DNA of 64,000 nt. Source: Eledone cirrhosa (taxonomy: Eukaryota). Positions 1 to 11,133 of the stretch are shown in pieces. The notes under the pieces are model-generated. The model was not told the origin of the DNA and did not search any database. It saw nothing but the letters and a program-made list of their open reading frames with translations. The translations under genes and the position numbers were made by a program. Position 1 is the stretch's first letter, and each line of letters opens with the position of its first letter. The stretch is from positions 225,866,001 to 225,930,000 of the forward strand of contig OZ024740.1 of NCBI GenBank assembly GCA_964016885.1, read 5' to 3'.

Positions 1-305
1 ATATATATATATATATATATATATAACACGAGAACTCGCTGTTTTCCATGCATATATACATGTTTTACGATGCAATCGAAATCTATTTAAAGAGTCTGAT
101 GCTTGCTTCCATCCCTTTTCGTTCCTTTATTCTAATTTTTTTTTTGTTTTTGATTTTTTTTTTTATTAAAACAAATATATGCTGAGTTTATTCATATGTG
201 AATATTTGACAATTTAACTTGCAATCTGTCTCCATGGTTCCAACTATTCATCATTCTGATGAACTTCATATGGGGAAATATTGAGTACAGTTAAGAAATC
301 AAATT

Positions 306-722
306 GACACACATGCATACATTCACACACACATACATACATATACAACACAGACACAATACTCATGCACACATTCACACATACATACAGACACAACACA
401 CATCTACACACTTACACAGACACACACAGACATACACACCCATACCCCAAACATACAACACACTCACACTCAAAGAAACACACATACAACACACATACAA
501 CACACATACTCACACCGACACACACTCACACCGACACACACTCACACAGCATACACACACGTACATGCCTACACCCAATGAGACACAACAATACAACCAC
601 ACAAATAATCACACCGAAACACACGCATACAACACACATACTCACACCGACACAACATACACACCCATACACAACACACAACACACACAACACACAACAC
701 ACACACACCACACGTATAAAAC
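306..722. repeat. CA-rich low-complexity/compound microsatellite
   Basis: Degenerate (CA)n/(CATA)n runs; these explain the His/Thr-rich ORFs 304-726 and 365-811. Confidence 0.9.
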
Positions 723-974
723 ATAAACAGATCCCTGTTCTCATTAATTTTTTATTCAGTTCTCAGTCTTTCAATATTTCCCATTTTAAACTGGAGATCA
801 AAGATATATGATTTGTCTCTAAACATTTACAACTCATTAGATATTAAAATAATTGCATTTTCACTAAAATTCAATGTTTGCGTTTTGATTCATACATCAG
901 CCATTCACCATTTTGCCATTTTTATTAAAGCTGATTCAAGCTTTTTCACTATAATATTTGCTGTATTGTTTTTT

Positions 975-1173
975 TATAATCATCATCATCATCATCAACA
1001 TTATTTATCATGGTTGTTATTAGTAGTAGTAGTAGTAATAGTATTAGTAGTAATAGTAGTGTCATCGACATTATTATGATTATTATGATCATTATCTTCA
1101 TTATCATCATCGCCATCATCAACATTACTACCACCATGATCATCAGAATCATCATCATAATTACCACTACCAT

Positions 1174-1206
<33 letters not shown>

Positions 1207-1240
1207 TAATTTCATTAACGTTATTTATTATTATTGATAA
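975..1240. repeat. compound trinucleotide microsatellite (CAT/TAG/TAT)n
   Basis: Runs of catcatcat, tagtagtag and ttattatta. Confidence 0.9.
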
Positions 1241-1649
1241 TTTTTTTTTTTATATAGTGATGATGGTTGGTAGCTGTTGCTTTATTTCTTCTTGTTATTT
1301 TTCTCGTCAGTGCTGTCTGTTGTTGCTTTTTTATATTCTATAAAAAAAATTTTTTTAACTTTTTATTGTATTTGAAATGTTTTTGATCTTTACTAGTGAA
1401 AAGTTAAATGAATTGAAGTCAATCTCTGCTGATAGAAATTAGATTAAAATCTCCAATCATGTAACTCTCTAGCTGATATCCAGGTGGCAGTTAGATTTGA
1501 TCTGTCCCTAATCGATATCAATGAAGTGAAACAAGTGAAAAACGAAGGGCAATAAAACCCTCTTTAAGAAGTTGTTTTAATTAAGATATGATGAACAGCT
1601 GTCTCTATTTTCAATGATATCTCTTTCTTTCTTTCATTCATTCACGCTC

Positions 1650-2360
1650 ATGCATACACACGTATATAAAGATGGCAAATTCCCATGCAAACCTATATAC
1701 ACATACATATACACATGTACATATACACACACATACACATACACATGTCCATACACACTTATGTACACAAACATATACACACGTACATATACTAACATCC
1801 ATAAACATACATATTCAAATAACCATTTCCATGCAAAAATATGGACATACATATACACACATACGCAAAAAATATACACATACATATACACACATACGCA
1901 TACAAACATATACACACGTGCATATACAAACATATACACACATACATATACTCACATACATAAACATACATACATATAATGCAAGTAGACATTTCCATAC
2001 AAACCTATACACATGTACATATACACTCATGCGCATACAAACATATACACGCATACATGTACTCACATATATAAACAACCATACATATAATGCAAACCTA
2101 TATACACATATATGTACACATGTACATATACAAAAATACATATATAAACATACATACATAAACATACATATATATATATAATACAAATAATCATTTAAAA
2201 CTATATACGCACATACACGCGAACATATGCACACATATGCATATACATTCATATACACACAAATGCATACAAACATACACACGTACAAAAACACACATTC
2301 ATACAAACATGTATACACATAGATATACTCACACACATAAACATACATACATATACGCAG
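1650..2360. repeat. (TACA/CATA)n-rich degenerate repeat region
   Basis: Repeated 'acatatacacac' motifs, with recurring 'atttccatgcaaacctatatacac'-like blocks near 1678, 1826 and 1991. Confidence 0.85.
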
Positions 2361-3218
2361 ACATTCGCCTAATGCAAATAGCCATTTCGTTTTGTTGATT
2401 GAATTTGTCTCTTATTTTTTTCGTTGTGTTTTGTGTTTTCTTTTCTATTCAAAACAAAGAGATTGCTATGAAAATGGGAGGGATTTTAAGTAATTATTGG
2501 AATAAATTCTGAGATTATTTCTTTGTTTTCATTAAGTGAATTAAAATTGTTCTTAATCAACCCAAATCAAAACTAACATTAATAAAAACACAAATGCATT
2601 TTTCCGTAATACCTGCAATATTGTAAAAATATAATGAGAATTCTGTGATGCTCTATATGTGTGAATATATATATATATATATATATATATGTGGGAGGGG
2701 TGTGTATTTGTGTTATGTTACTGTATGTTTATTTTGTTGTTTTCTTTTGTAAATGAGTGTAAGTGTCTCTGCACCTCTGAGTAAATATGAATTCCCTCTG
2801 TGTACATTATGTAAAAAAAACTACAAGGGCATTATCAAATGTTGAATTTTTCTTTTACTGTGGTATGATCCTGATATAAGCTTGTTCTGTGGATATAAAT
2901 TCCTGATTTTCTTCTATTTAAAAGAAGCTAAAAACAAAATTAAGTAATAAAAAAGGGAAAAAGAGGTGAGAAGAACAGGTCTGGTTGTATAAGAAAGTAA
3001 ATGAAAGGACTATAAGTGCCCTGAATCAGAAGAAAAGGTGGAAAAGAGCATGGTATATTATGCAAAGAAGAAAATGAGAGTGAAGGGAAGATGTTGACAG
3101 AATCTACACCCAGGTCAGGGCGATGTTTTGGCTGCACCGCGTGGACAAGTCTGCAATGGCATTTCCGCGGACAGTAGTCAAGACTAGAGTAAACAATCCT
3201 TTACAGAAATCATCTATA

Positions 3219-3385
3219 CATCTGTCATGTAGCATGTCTTCACTTTTGTCATGTAGTATGTCTTCACATTTGTCATGTAGCATATCTTCACATTTATCTT
3301 TTAGTATATTTTCACACCTGTCATGTAATATAACGGTGCCCCTGGTGTGTAGCATATCTTCACATCTGGCTAGTCACATAACTTC
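3219..3385. repeat. degenerate 24-bp tandem repeat (~6-7 copies)
   Basis: Unit approximately tgtcatgtagcatatcttcacatt; it shows as the 8-aa repeat LHDKCEDM/I in ORF 3104-3355. Confidence 0.8.
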
Positions 3386-3639
3386 GCTCATTGCCAGTTG
3401 AAAAATGTTAAATGGTATATGCTGCCTTCATATGTACATGATAGAGGTTCACTAGTAAAAAGATATATTTTCAGTAGATACATTAACAAGGAGGGTGGTG
3501 CACACTTATCTAAATTGTGTTTTTATCTATTAACAAAGGGTACTATGAGTTTTGTTTATATGTATCTCTGTGATCTTTTCATTTATTCATCACATACTGC
3601 AATTACTGGCGTATGTTGGTATTATTAATGTTAGGTCTA

Positions 3640-3846
3640 GGGCGGCGGATTGGCAATATCGGTAGAGCGTCGGACACCATGCTTTGCAGCATAGAGTTAC
3701 GGCCCTTTACGGTCTGATTTCAAATCCCACCGAGGTTAACTTACCTTTCATCCTTTCCGGGAAAGATAAAATGAAGTACCAGTAACGCACTATTATCGAT
3801 TTAATCGAAAATTGTAGGGCTTGTGCATAAATCAGAAACCATTATT
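3640..3846 (+). mobile_element. tRNA-derived SINE, family A (my label), full length
   Basis: Head GGGCGGCGGATTGGCAATATCGGTAGAG (A-box-like), B-box-like GATTTCAAATCC, body 'cctttcatcc...gataaaatgaagtaccagt' and tail 'ttgtgcataaatcagaaaccattatt'. Homologous to the copies at 54230, 54764 and 62480. Confidence 0.88.
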
Positions 3847-3849
3847 CAT

Positions 3850-3953
3850 ATAATTATTTCTACTTTTGGCACAAGGCTGGCAATTATGCCAATGCATTAC
3901 TGGTACTTTATTTTATCGACCTCGTAAGGATGAAAGGCAAAGTTAACCTCGGC
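3850..3953 (-). mobile_element. SINE family A, 3' half only (tRNA head missing)
   Basis: aattatttctacttttggcacaaggc...actggtactttattttatcgacc...gatgaaaggcaaagttaacctcgg is the reverse complement of the family A body and tail. Confidence 0.85.
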
Positions 3954-3969
3954 CTTTCATATAATGCGC

Positions 3970-4190
3970 GGATGGTGGATTGATAGAATTGCTAAAGCAT
4001 TGGACAAAATACTTTAAGGTATTTAGTTATAGCTTTTTACTTTCTGAGTTTATATCCCTCCGGGGTCAACTTTGTCTTTCATCCTTCCGAGATCAATAGA
4101 AGAAAGTACCAGTAAAATAGTTGAGTCGGTGTAATTGACCTATCCCCCTCAAAAATTGTTTGTATTGTGCCTAACTGAGACATAACTATT
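3970..4190 (+). mobile_element. SINE family A, diverged full-length copy
   Basis: ggatggtggattgatagaattgctaaagcattggac...ctgagtttatatccc...caactttgtctttcatcc...aaagtaccagt...ttgtgcctaa. Confidence 0.8.
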
Positions 4191-4248
4191 AGTGCTGTGT
4201 CTTGACATTGTGTGTTTGTATTACTTCCATAATGAGTTGACATTCTGT

Positions 4249-5955
4249 TAGTGGCATTGTGTTTTAGATATTGTCATTGTGTGTTGATATTGTGTGTTGA
4301 CATAGTGTTGACATTGTGTTTGAGAGATTGGCATTATGTGTTGATATTGTGTGTTGACATAGTGTTGACATTGTGTTTGAGAGATTGGTATTGTGTGTTG
4401 ATAGTGTGTGTTGACATAGTGTTGACATTCTGTTTGACAAATTGGCATTGTGTGTTGATATTGTGTGTTGACATAGTGTTGACATTGTGTTTGAGAGATT
4501 GACATTGTGTGTTGATAGTGTGTGTTGACATAGTGTTGACATTTTTTTTAGATATTGGCATTGTGTGTTGATATTGTGTGTTGACATAGTGTTGACATTG
4601 TGTTTGAGAGATTGGCATTGTGTGTTGATATTGTCTGTTTGACATAGTGTTGACATTGTGTTTGGGAGATTGGCATTGTGTGTTGATATTGTGTGTTGAC
4701 ATAGTGTTGACATTGTGTTTGAGAGATTGGCATTGTGTGTTGATATTGTGTGTTGACATAGTGATGACATTGTGTTTGAGAGATTGGCATTGTGTGTTGA
4801 TATTGTGCGTTGACATAGTGATGACATTGTGTTTGAGAGATTGGCATTATGTGTTGATATTGTGTGTTGACATAGTGTTGACATTGTGTTTGAGAGATTG
4901 GCATTGTGTGTTGATATTGTGTGTTGACATAGTGATGACATTCTGTTTGAGAGATTGGCATTATGTGTTGATATTGTGTTGACATAGTGTTGACATTGTG
5001 TTTGAGAGATTGGCATTGTGTGTTGATATTGTGTGTTGACATGGTGTTGACATTGTGTTTTAGATATTGGCATTGTGTGTTGATATTGTGTGTTGACATA
5101 GTGTTGACATTGTGTTTGAGAGATTGGCATTGTGTGTTGATATTGTGTTTGAGAGATTGGCATTGTGTGTTGATATTGTGTGTTGACATAGTGTTGACAT
5201 TGTGTTTGGGAGATTGGCATTGTGTGTTGATATTGTGTGTTGACATAGTGTTGACATTGTATTTGAGAGATTGGCATTGTGTGTTGATATTGTGTGTTGA
5301 CATAGTGTTGACATTGTGTTTGAGAGATTGGCATTGTGTGTTGATATTGTGTGTTGACATAGTGTTGACATTGTGTTTGGGAGATTGGTATTGTGTGTTG
5401 ATATTGTGTGTTGACATAGTGTTGACATTGTGTTTGAGAGATTGGCATTGTGTTTTAGATATTGGCATTGTGTGTTGATATTGTGTGTTGACATAGTGTT
5501 GACATTGTGTTTGAGAGATTGGCATTGTGTGTTGATGTTGTGTGTTGACATAGTGTTGACATTGTGTTTGGGAGATTGGCATTGTGTGTTGATATTGTGT
5601 GTTGACATAGTGAAGACATTGTGTTTGAGAGATTGGCATTGTGTGTTGATAGTGTGTGTTGACATAGTGTTGACATTGTGTTTGAGAGATTGGCATTGTG
5701 TGTTGATATTGTGTGTTGACATAGTGATGACATTGTGTTTGAGAGATTGGCATTGTGTGTTGATACTGTGTGTTGACATAGTGTTGACATTGTTTTTGAG
5801 AGATTGGCATTGTGTGTTGATATTGTGTGTTGACATAGTGTTGACATTCTGTTTGAGAGATTGGCATTGTGTGTTGATATTGTGTGTTGACATAGTGTTG
5901 ACATTGTATTTGAGAGATTGGCATTGTGTGTTGATATTGTGTGTTGACATTGTTT
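4249..5955. repeat. 57-bp minisatellite (~30 copies)
   Basis: Unit GTGTTGACATTGTGTTTGAGAGATTGGCATTGTGTGTTGATATTGTGTGTTGACATA. Period 57 is visible as the 19-aa repeat MPISQTQCQHYVNTQYQHT. Built from 11-20 bp subrepeats of ACATTGTGTGTTG; edges degenerate out to ~4195 and ~6003. Confidence 0.95.
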
Positions 5956-6369
5956 GTTGGGCTTATTGGGATTATTGACATTGTTAACATTGTATGTTGA
6001 CATTATTAATATAGTGTTTTGAAGTTAGTGTCGAAGAATATTAAGATCTAATTTTTAGAATTATTGACATTACCACTAAAGGAAGAATATAAAACATGTT
6101 TGTGTTGTTTGGCTGCCAGATTGATATTGCCCTAGCTCTATTTCTGTTAATCAATCACCTGAAGCAAATATATGAACGGAAAAAACATATGACATATGCA
6201 GCATTATAGAAATTGATCCAACTAGAGATATTTTCAGAATATCTTGAATGTTTTGTGAAGCTGTAAGGTAATAATATTTAACAATGTAACAATATTTAAC
6301 AGCAAACGTCCGATAAATGAAAGAGAAACCATTTACACGATGTTTTAATGTAAGATACGGTTGCAGTTT

Positions 6370-6715
6370 CGGTGGAACCTCGGTTCATGGAATTAAGTCG
6401 TTCCTGAAGGCTGTTCTTGACCCGAAATGTTCGTAAACCGAAACTATATTTCCTATACGAAATTTTAAGAGAGAAATACAGTCAGAGAAAGGCTGGGTGT
6501 GAAAAACAGATAGATATCACCGTAGTAACTAACTACACAGAAAGTGACACTTTCCCGCCGATACTCCAACCATTGTTATTGGCCTGCGTGTTCGGCTGCG
6601 TGTTCGGTAGTCGAGATGTTTTGTGTTCATCACCCGAGACGTTTTATGTTCGGAAAAATGTTTCGTGAACCGATTTGTTCGTGATGGGATGCGTTCATGA
6701 ACCGAGGTTGCACTA
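6370..6715. mobile_element. MITE, Tc1/mariner-pogo (Tigger-like) non-autonomous element
   Basis: Terminal inverted repeats cggtggAACCTCGGTTCATG (from 6370) and CATGAACCGAGGTTgcacta (to 6715), with TA after the right end; subterminal gttcgt(a/g)aaccga motifs. Confidence 0.75.
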
Positions 6716-9548
6716 TATGAAAATGAAATTCTTTAATAACATTTCCAGGAAAACGATATATATATGCCGAAAACCAAAAGCAAAACATACAAATCTGGAC
6801 GGAATTATCATTAGTTTTAAAATAACAACCATTAACAGTGCTTGAAGAATGTGAACACGTGATATATTCCTTTTGCCTCCTAAAGGCGCCGAGATTGTGG
6901 ATGTGTGGCCGCTCTGACCATTCTAGACTAAGGTGTACAAAGACATAAAGCTCATGCCATTATTCTTCAAATTAGAAAATGATTACTCCAGGCAGTTTAT
7001 GTACAATTTCAGCTTCGTGGTTGATTGATTGCCATTTAAACAAAACACACTACCTTTAAGTTCCAGATTGTTGTTTTTATAGCATTATCTATATTTCAAC
7101 AGCTATTTAATATATATCTTCCTAGAAACATCTGTTTAAAATGTATTCTGTTTTTCGTTTTAAAGGTCTTTATAAGCGTAAGCTTGACTAAATAAGATGT
7201 TGAAAATAATTCGGTAGTTAAATAAATGTTGTTACATATTTGTTTATTAGATTCCCAGAATAGTGTTATTCAAGTTTGTGGTGTTGAGTGTCATGGCTGG
7301 AGATATTTGTGTCATCTTCTAGCTTCCGATGAAGGTGCTACTCACGAAAATGTTTGCCGAGATTTCCACGTAATCAACTGAAAATTCTATCTCAGAATTT
7401 AAATAAGATACACTTTTCAAGGACTGGTTATTGCACACATCATGGTGTGCTCTGGCAATATATTTATTCAGTCTATTCATTCGCGAATATAAGAAAACAA
7501 AGCTAAAATAAAACGAAAAAGAGGAAGTAAACCACAGAAATATATTACTAGCCAACATTATAAATTATATAATAAGATTTCCAATACTCTACTGGAATTA
7601 TAAAGATTGTTGCATTAAATCCTCAGGCAGTTATAATAGAGAAACTCTAATTTAGGTGTTTCCATTGAAAGTTTTACATTATTCAGTCTCAGTTACCAAG
7701 CCTTTAAAGACTCAGCAAGGTTTCTACATCATTTTGATTAACGTTGGGATTATTCTGATGTATTCATATTCACTCACCATCCCCTCACAGCTATACTGAA
7801 TTGATTTCTTCTTCAAGTACTTGGAATCGGAAAAATACATAATGTTACAGCATGGAAACATACTAATTCTCTCTCTATTACATATATTCACGTATACACA
7901 TACAATATACTTATTCTCACGCATAAACTTCTCTTTTCTGTTCACCCACTCTCCAACAATTTCTATTTCTGTTTCATATAACACACCCGTACTTATAAAT
8001 ATATACACACGGAAATATACTTAAGAGGGTAGATACACGTACTTACAATTATATACCTACATGCGAGTGTGTTCTTCTCCAAGACAATCGTGGAAATTTG
8101 TAATTTGTTACTCGTAAGAATTTGTTGGTGCATTAACTTACTAATTTAAATGCTGATCTACTTGTTTACAGATGACTGTTGTAGATGTCCTTTACCATAC
8201 TTAATGAGAGCTATTATTTCCAGTGGTTAGCCATTGATGTGAACTGGCTCGTAATGCCTCCGCACCTCTGAAGTAAATTTCTTTTTTTAATACTTTGACG
8301 GCAAAAATGAAAGAAGAGATGTTGAGCAGAATGTTTATCTGTAACTGATACACAAAATAATTGTTATTAACAAATGATAAGTTACAATCTCGTTACTGTA
8401 CCGTTTGGACACCTTGTTATAAGTCTATGTGATTTATAGAGACTACCATTGAACCAGAGCTAGATACCCACTATAATATATGTAAGGAGCGGAAATGTAA
8501 TGTTGAAAGTAAACCGTAGAATACAGACGTAAGTACATTCTTTGTGTTGTTTGAAATTCACACCAAGCAAAGAAGGCTATTTGGCCCTGGAGCAAAAGCT
8601 GAGTATTATAGACAAGCTGATGGGTGCAGTTATTTTATCCAGCATACTTCAAAACCATACACATTTTATTTAATAAACTTAACAATTAGCACTTTCAGCT
8701 TTCCCTATATTTTTCCAATGACCTGACTCAAACACTAGACTCTCTAGGAAGACAATGCTTACAAAGTGAGATGAGCTAATATCTTTTAAGTGTCGTTAGT
8801 CTAGATGAGTTCGGACGGCATTGCGTGAAGTGGAATTCAAAATTTCAAGTGTGTCCTTTCATCCGAAAGAGACAAAAATACTTTTAAAATATTTCCCTTC
8901 TTACAAACGAAGTGACATACCAAAAATGTCAGAATCCTCTCCCATGCATAACAATCTAGCACATTTGCAAACTTCATTGTACAGCGTTTGTTAACACGGT
9001 GCACAACCAGTTTCAGTATACAGAAAACAACATTAATATTTTGCTTTGATTTTATGTAAGTGTATTATGTAGATACATTTAAACTAAAATATAGTAAAAA
9101 TATATCCTGATGTGGCCTACATGTGTGATTTTAGAATTAATCCGTCACTCAATTTAATACGACCATATGACTCATGTGTGTCTTTAGCTCTTGCAAGCAT
9201 TCAAACTATGTATCTGACTAGTTTCGGTGATTCGAAGAATTGTCATGAATATTGCCCTATCCTCCTAACTAAACAGTAAAAAAGAAATTATGCCGAGAAA
9301 CACTAGAAAAACTTATTTGTTCTGCATTTGCAGACATTCAGAAAATTTCAACAAGTTCTTTGAAAGGCACCAGCTGTCACAGACGAATCATTTGCTAATT
9401 GTTCAGATAGTAACCTCGGTTGATCTTTATCGATCAGATGAGTGGGTTACATAGATCTGAAGAGCATTAATTAAACGATGTGATTTGAAAATACTTTCCA
9501 CACATTTTCAATAATATCTTTGTCCTGATTCAGGTAATCTTTTAACAG

Positions 9549-9651
9549 ATAATTGTTTCTCCTTTTGGCACAAGGCCAGCAAATTACCCAGTACATTACT
9601 GGTACTTTATTTTATCGACCCCGTAAGGTTGAAAGGCAAAGTTAACCTCGG
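9549..9651 (-). mobile_element. SINE family A, 3' half only
   Basis: ataattgtttctccttttggcacaaggccagc...actggtactttattttatcgaccccgtaagg...gcaaagttaacctcgg. Confidence 0.88.
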
Positions 9652-9786
9652 ATAAATTAACAGAAAATGTTAAACATAATCCCTAGGCACGATTCCCTCA
9701 GAACCAGCTCATTGTTCTCCGGATAATCGAAGTGAGCTTCTTGTTTCACTGTAATTTCAGCTGTAAGTATATTTCATATGTTTGTG

Positions 9787-10116
9787 ATGTATGCTAAGAG
9801 TTATAGCGCATTTTATCATAACTCATTAGTGGGCCTGTTTGTGCTTGCTGAGATCTATAGCGCAATTCATCATAACTCATTAGCGGGCCTGTCGGTGCTT
9901 GCTGAGATCTATAGCGCAAGTCATTATAACTTATTAGCGGACCTGTCGGTGCTTGCTAAGATCTATAGCGCAATTCATTATAACTTATTAGCGGACCTGT
10001 CGGTGCTTGCTAAGATCTATAGCGCAATTCATTATAACTTATTAGCGGACCTGTCGGTGCTTGCTAAGATCTATAGCGCAATTCATTATAACTTATTAGC
10101 GGACCTGTTGGTGCTT
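9787..10116. repeat. 54-bp minisatellite (~6 copies)
   Basis: Unit GTGCTTGCTAAGATCTATAGCGCAATTCATTATAACTTATTAGCGGACCTGTCG; gives the 18-aa repeat in ORF 9778-10257. Confidence 0.93.
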
Positions 10117-10264
10117 CCAAGAGGTTTCGTTTGTATTTCCCCGTGCAAGTATGAACAGCATTTAATATATATATTCTGGTGGATATGTTTTACGAATTTC
10201 TCATCTATAGAGAAAGGACTTGTATTCAACTCAGAAACAAATTTAGAAATCATCTGAGGAGTTG

Positions 10265-10572
10265 TGTGTGCAAGTGGCGGGGGATTTGCAACTAGAAAGT
10301 TACCCTTTTAGGTACAAACCTGGGCAAGCTTTCTTTGTGGATGACCAGCAGTCACACGTGCATACCACTCTCCGCTCTACGTGCCACAGATTTCGTGTAA
10401 GGGAATGGCAAAGGCCGATGCAGCTTGGCACAACTCATTTTACAGCTGAATGAACTGGAGTAATGTGAAATAAAGTGTGTTGCTCAAGGACACAACATAT
10501 CAGCCGATCCGGAAATCGAACTCACGACTTCATAATTGTGAATCCATCTTTCTAGCCACTAAACCACGTGCC
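10265..10572 (-). mobile_element. tRNA-derived SINE, family B (my label)
   Basis: Reverse complement starts GGCACGTGGTTTAGTGG (A box), then GAGTTCGATTTCC (B box), then tgtgtccttgagcaacacactttatttcacattactccag. Homologous to 52105-52370. Confidence 0.8.
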
Positions 10573-10624
10573 CACACTTATATGTGTCATACTGTGAGAT
10601 ACGCTCTTATATATATGAAGAAGT

Positions 10625-10868
<244 letters not shown>

Positions 10869-11009
10869 GTATATATGTTGCGTGTGTGTTAGTTTCCCGA
10901 AATTGGTAACCCGTGACATTCGTCCATGTCCTGTGTAAGCAACACATCACGCAGCGTAGCATCTCGACGAACATGCACACTATATATCATACGTATGAAT
11001 AAATTATGG

Positions 11010-11125
11010 TGTGACATTAGGAAGGGCATCAAGCTGCAGAAAAACTGCTTATAAAACTGTTTCGTTCAACCCATGCCAGTATTGGGGTGAAAAGGTTGTT
11101 AAAAATACGATGAAATGGATAATGA
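11010..11125 (+). mobile_element. 3' end of a retroposon (family C tail) with (GAT)n-type tail
   Basis: gacattaggaagggcatcaagctgcagaaa...caacccatgccagtat...gttaaaa is homologous to the reverse complement of 61530-61740. A GAT-rich tail resumes at ~49222, after the satellite. Confidence 0.6.
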
Positions 11126-11133
11126 TAATTGTT

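Noticed and set aside
304-2348. His/Thr/Tyr-, Ile- and Met-rich ORFs
   Set aside because: Translations of microsatellites.
3100-3195. Minus-strand peptide LDYCPRKCHCR resembling an LRR N-cap in a GC-richer patch
   Set aside because: Too short, has an in-frame stop just upstream, and has no LRR continuation or convincing splice context.
4248-6003. Long ORFs (up to 480 aa) with 19-aa repeats
   Set aside because: Open in several frames on both strands because the 57-bp unit lacks stops; frame shifts follow repeat indels, and there is no unique coding flank.
6720-9540. Possible host exons in unique sequence
   Set aside because: Only short ORFs with no recognisable domain. Small exons cannot be excluded without transcript data.
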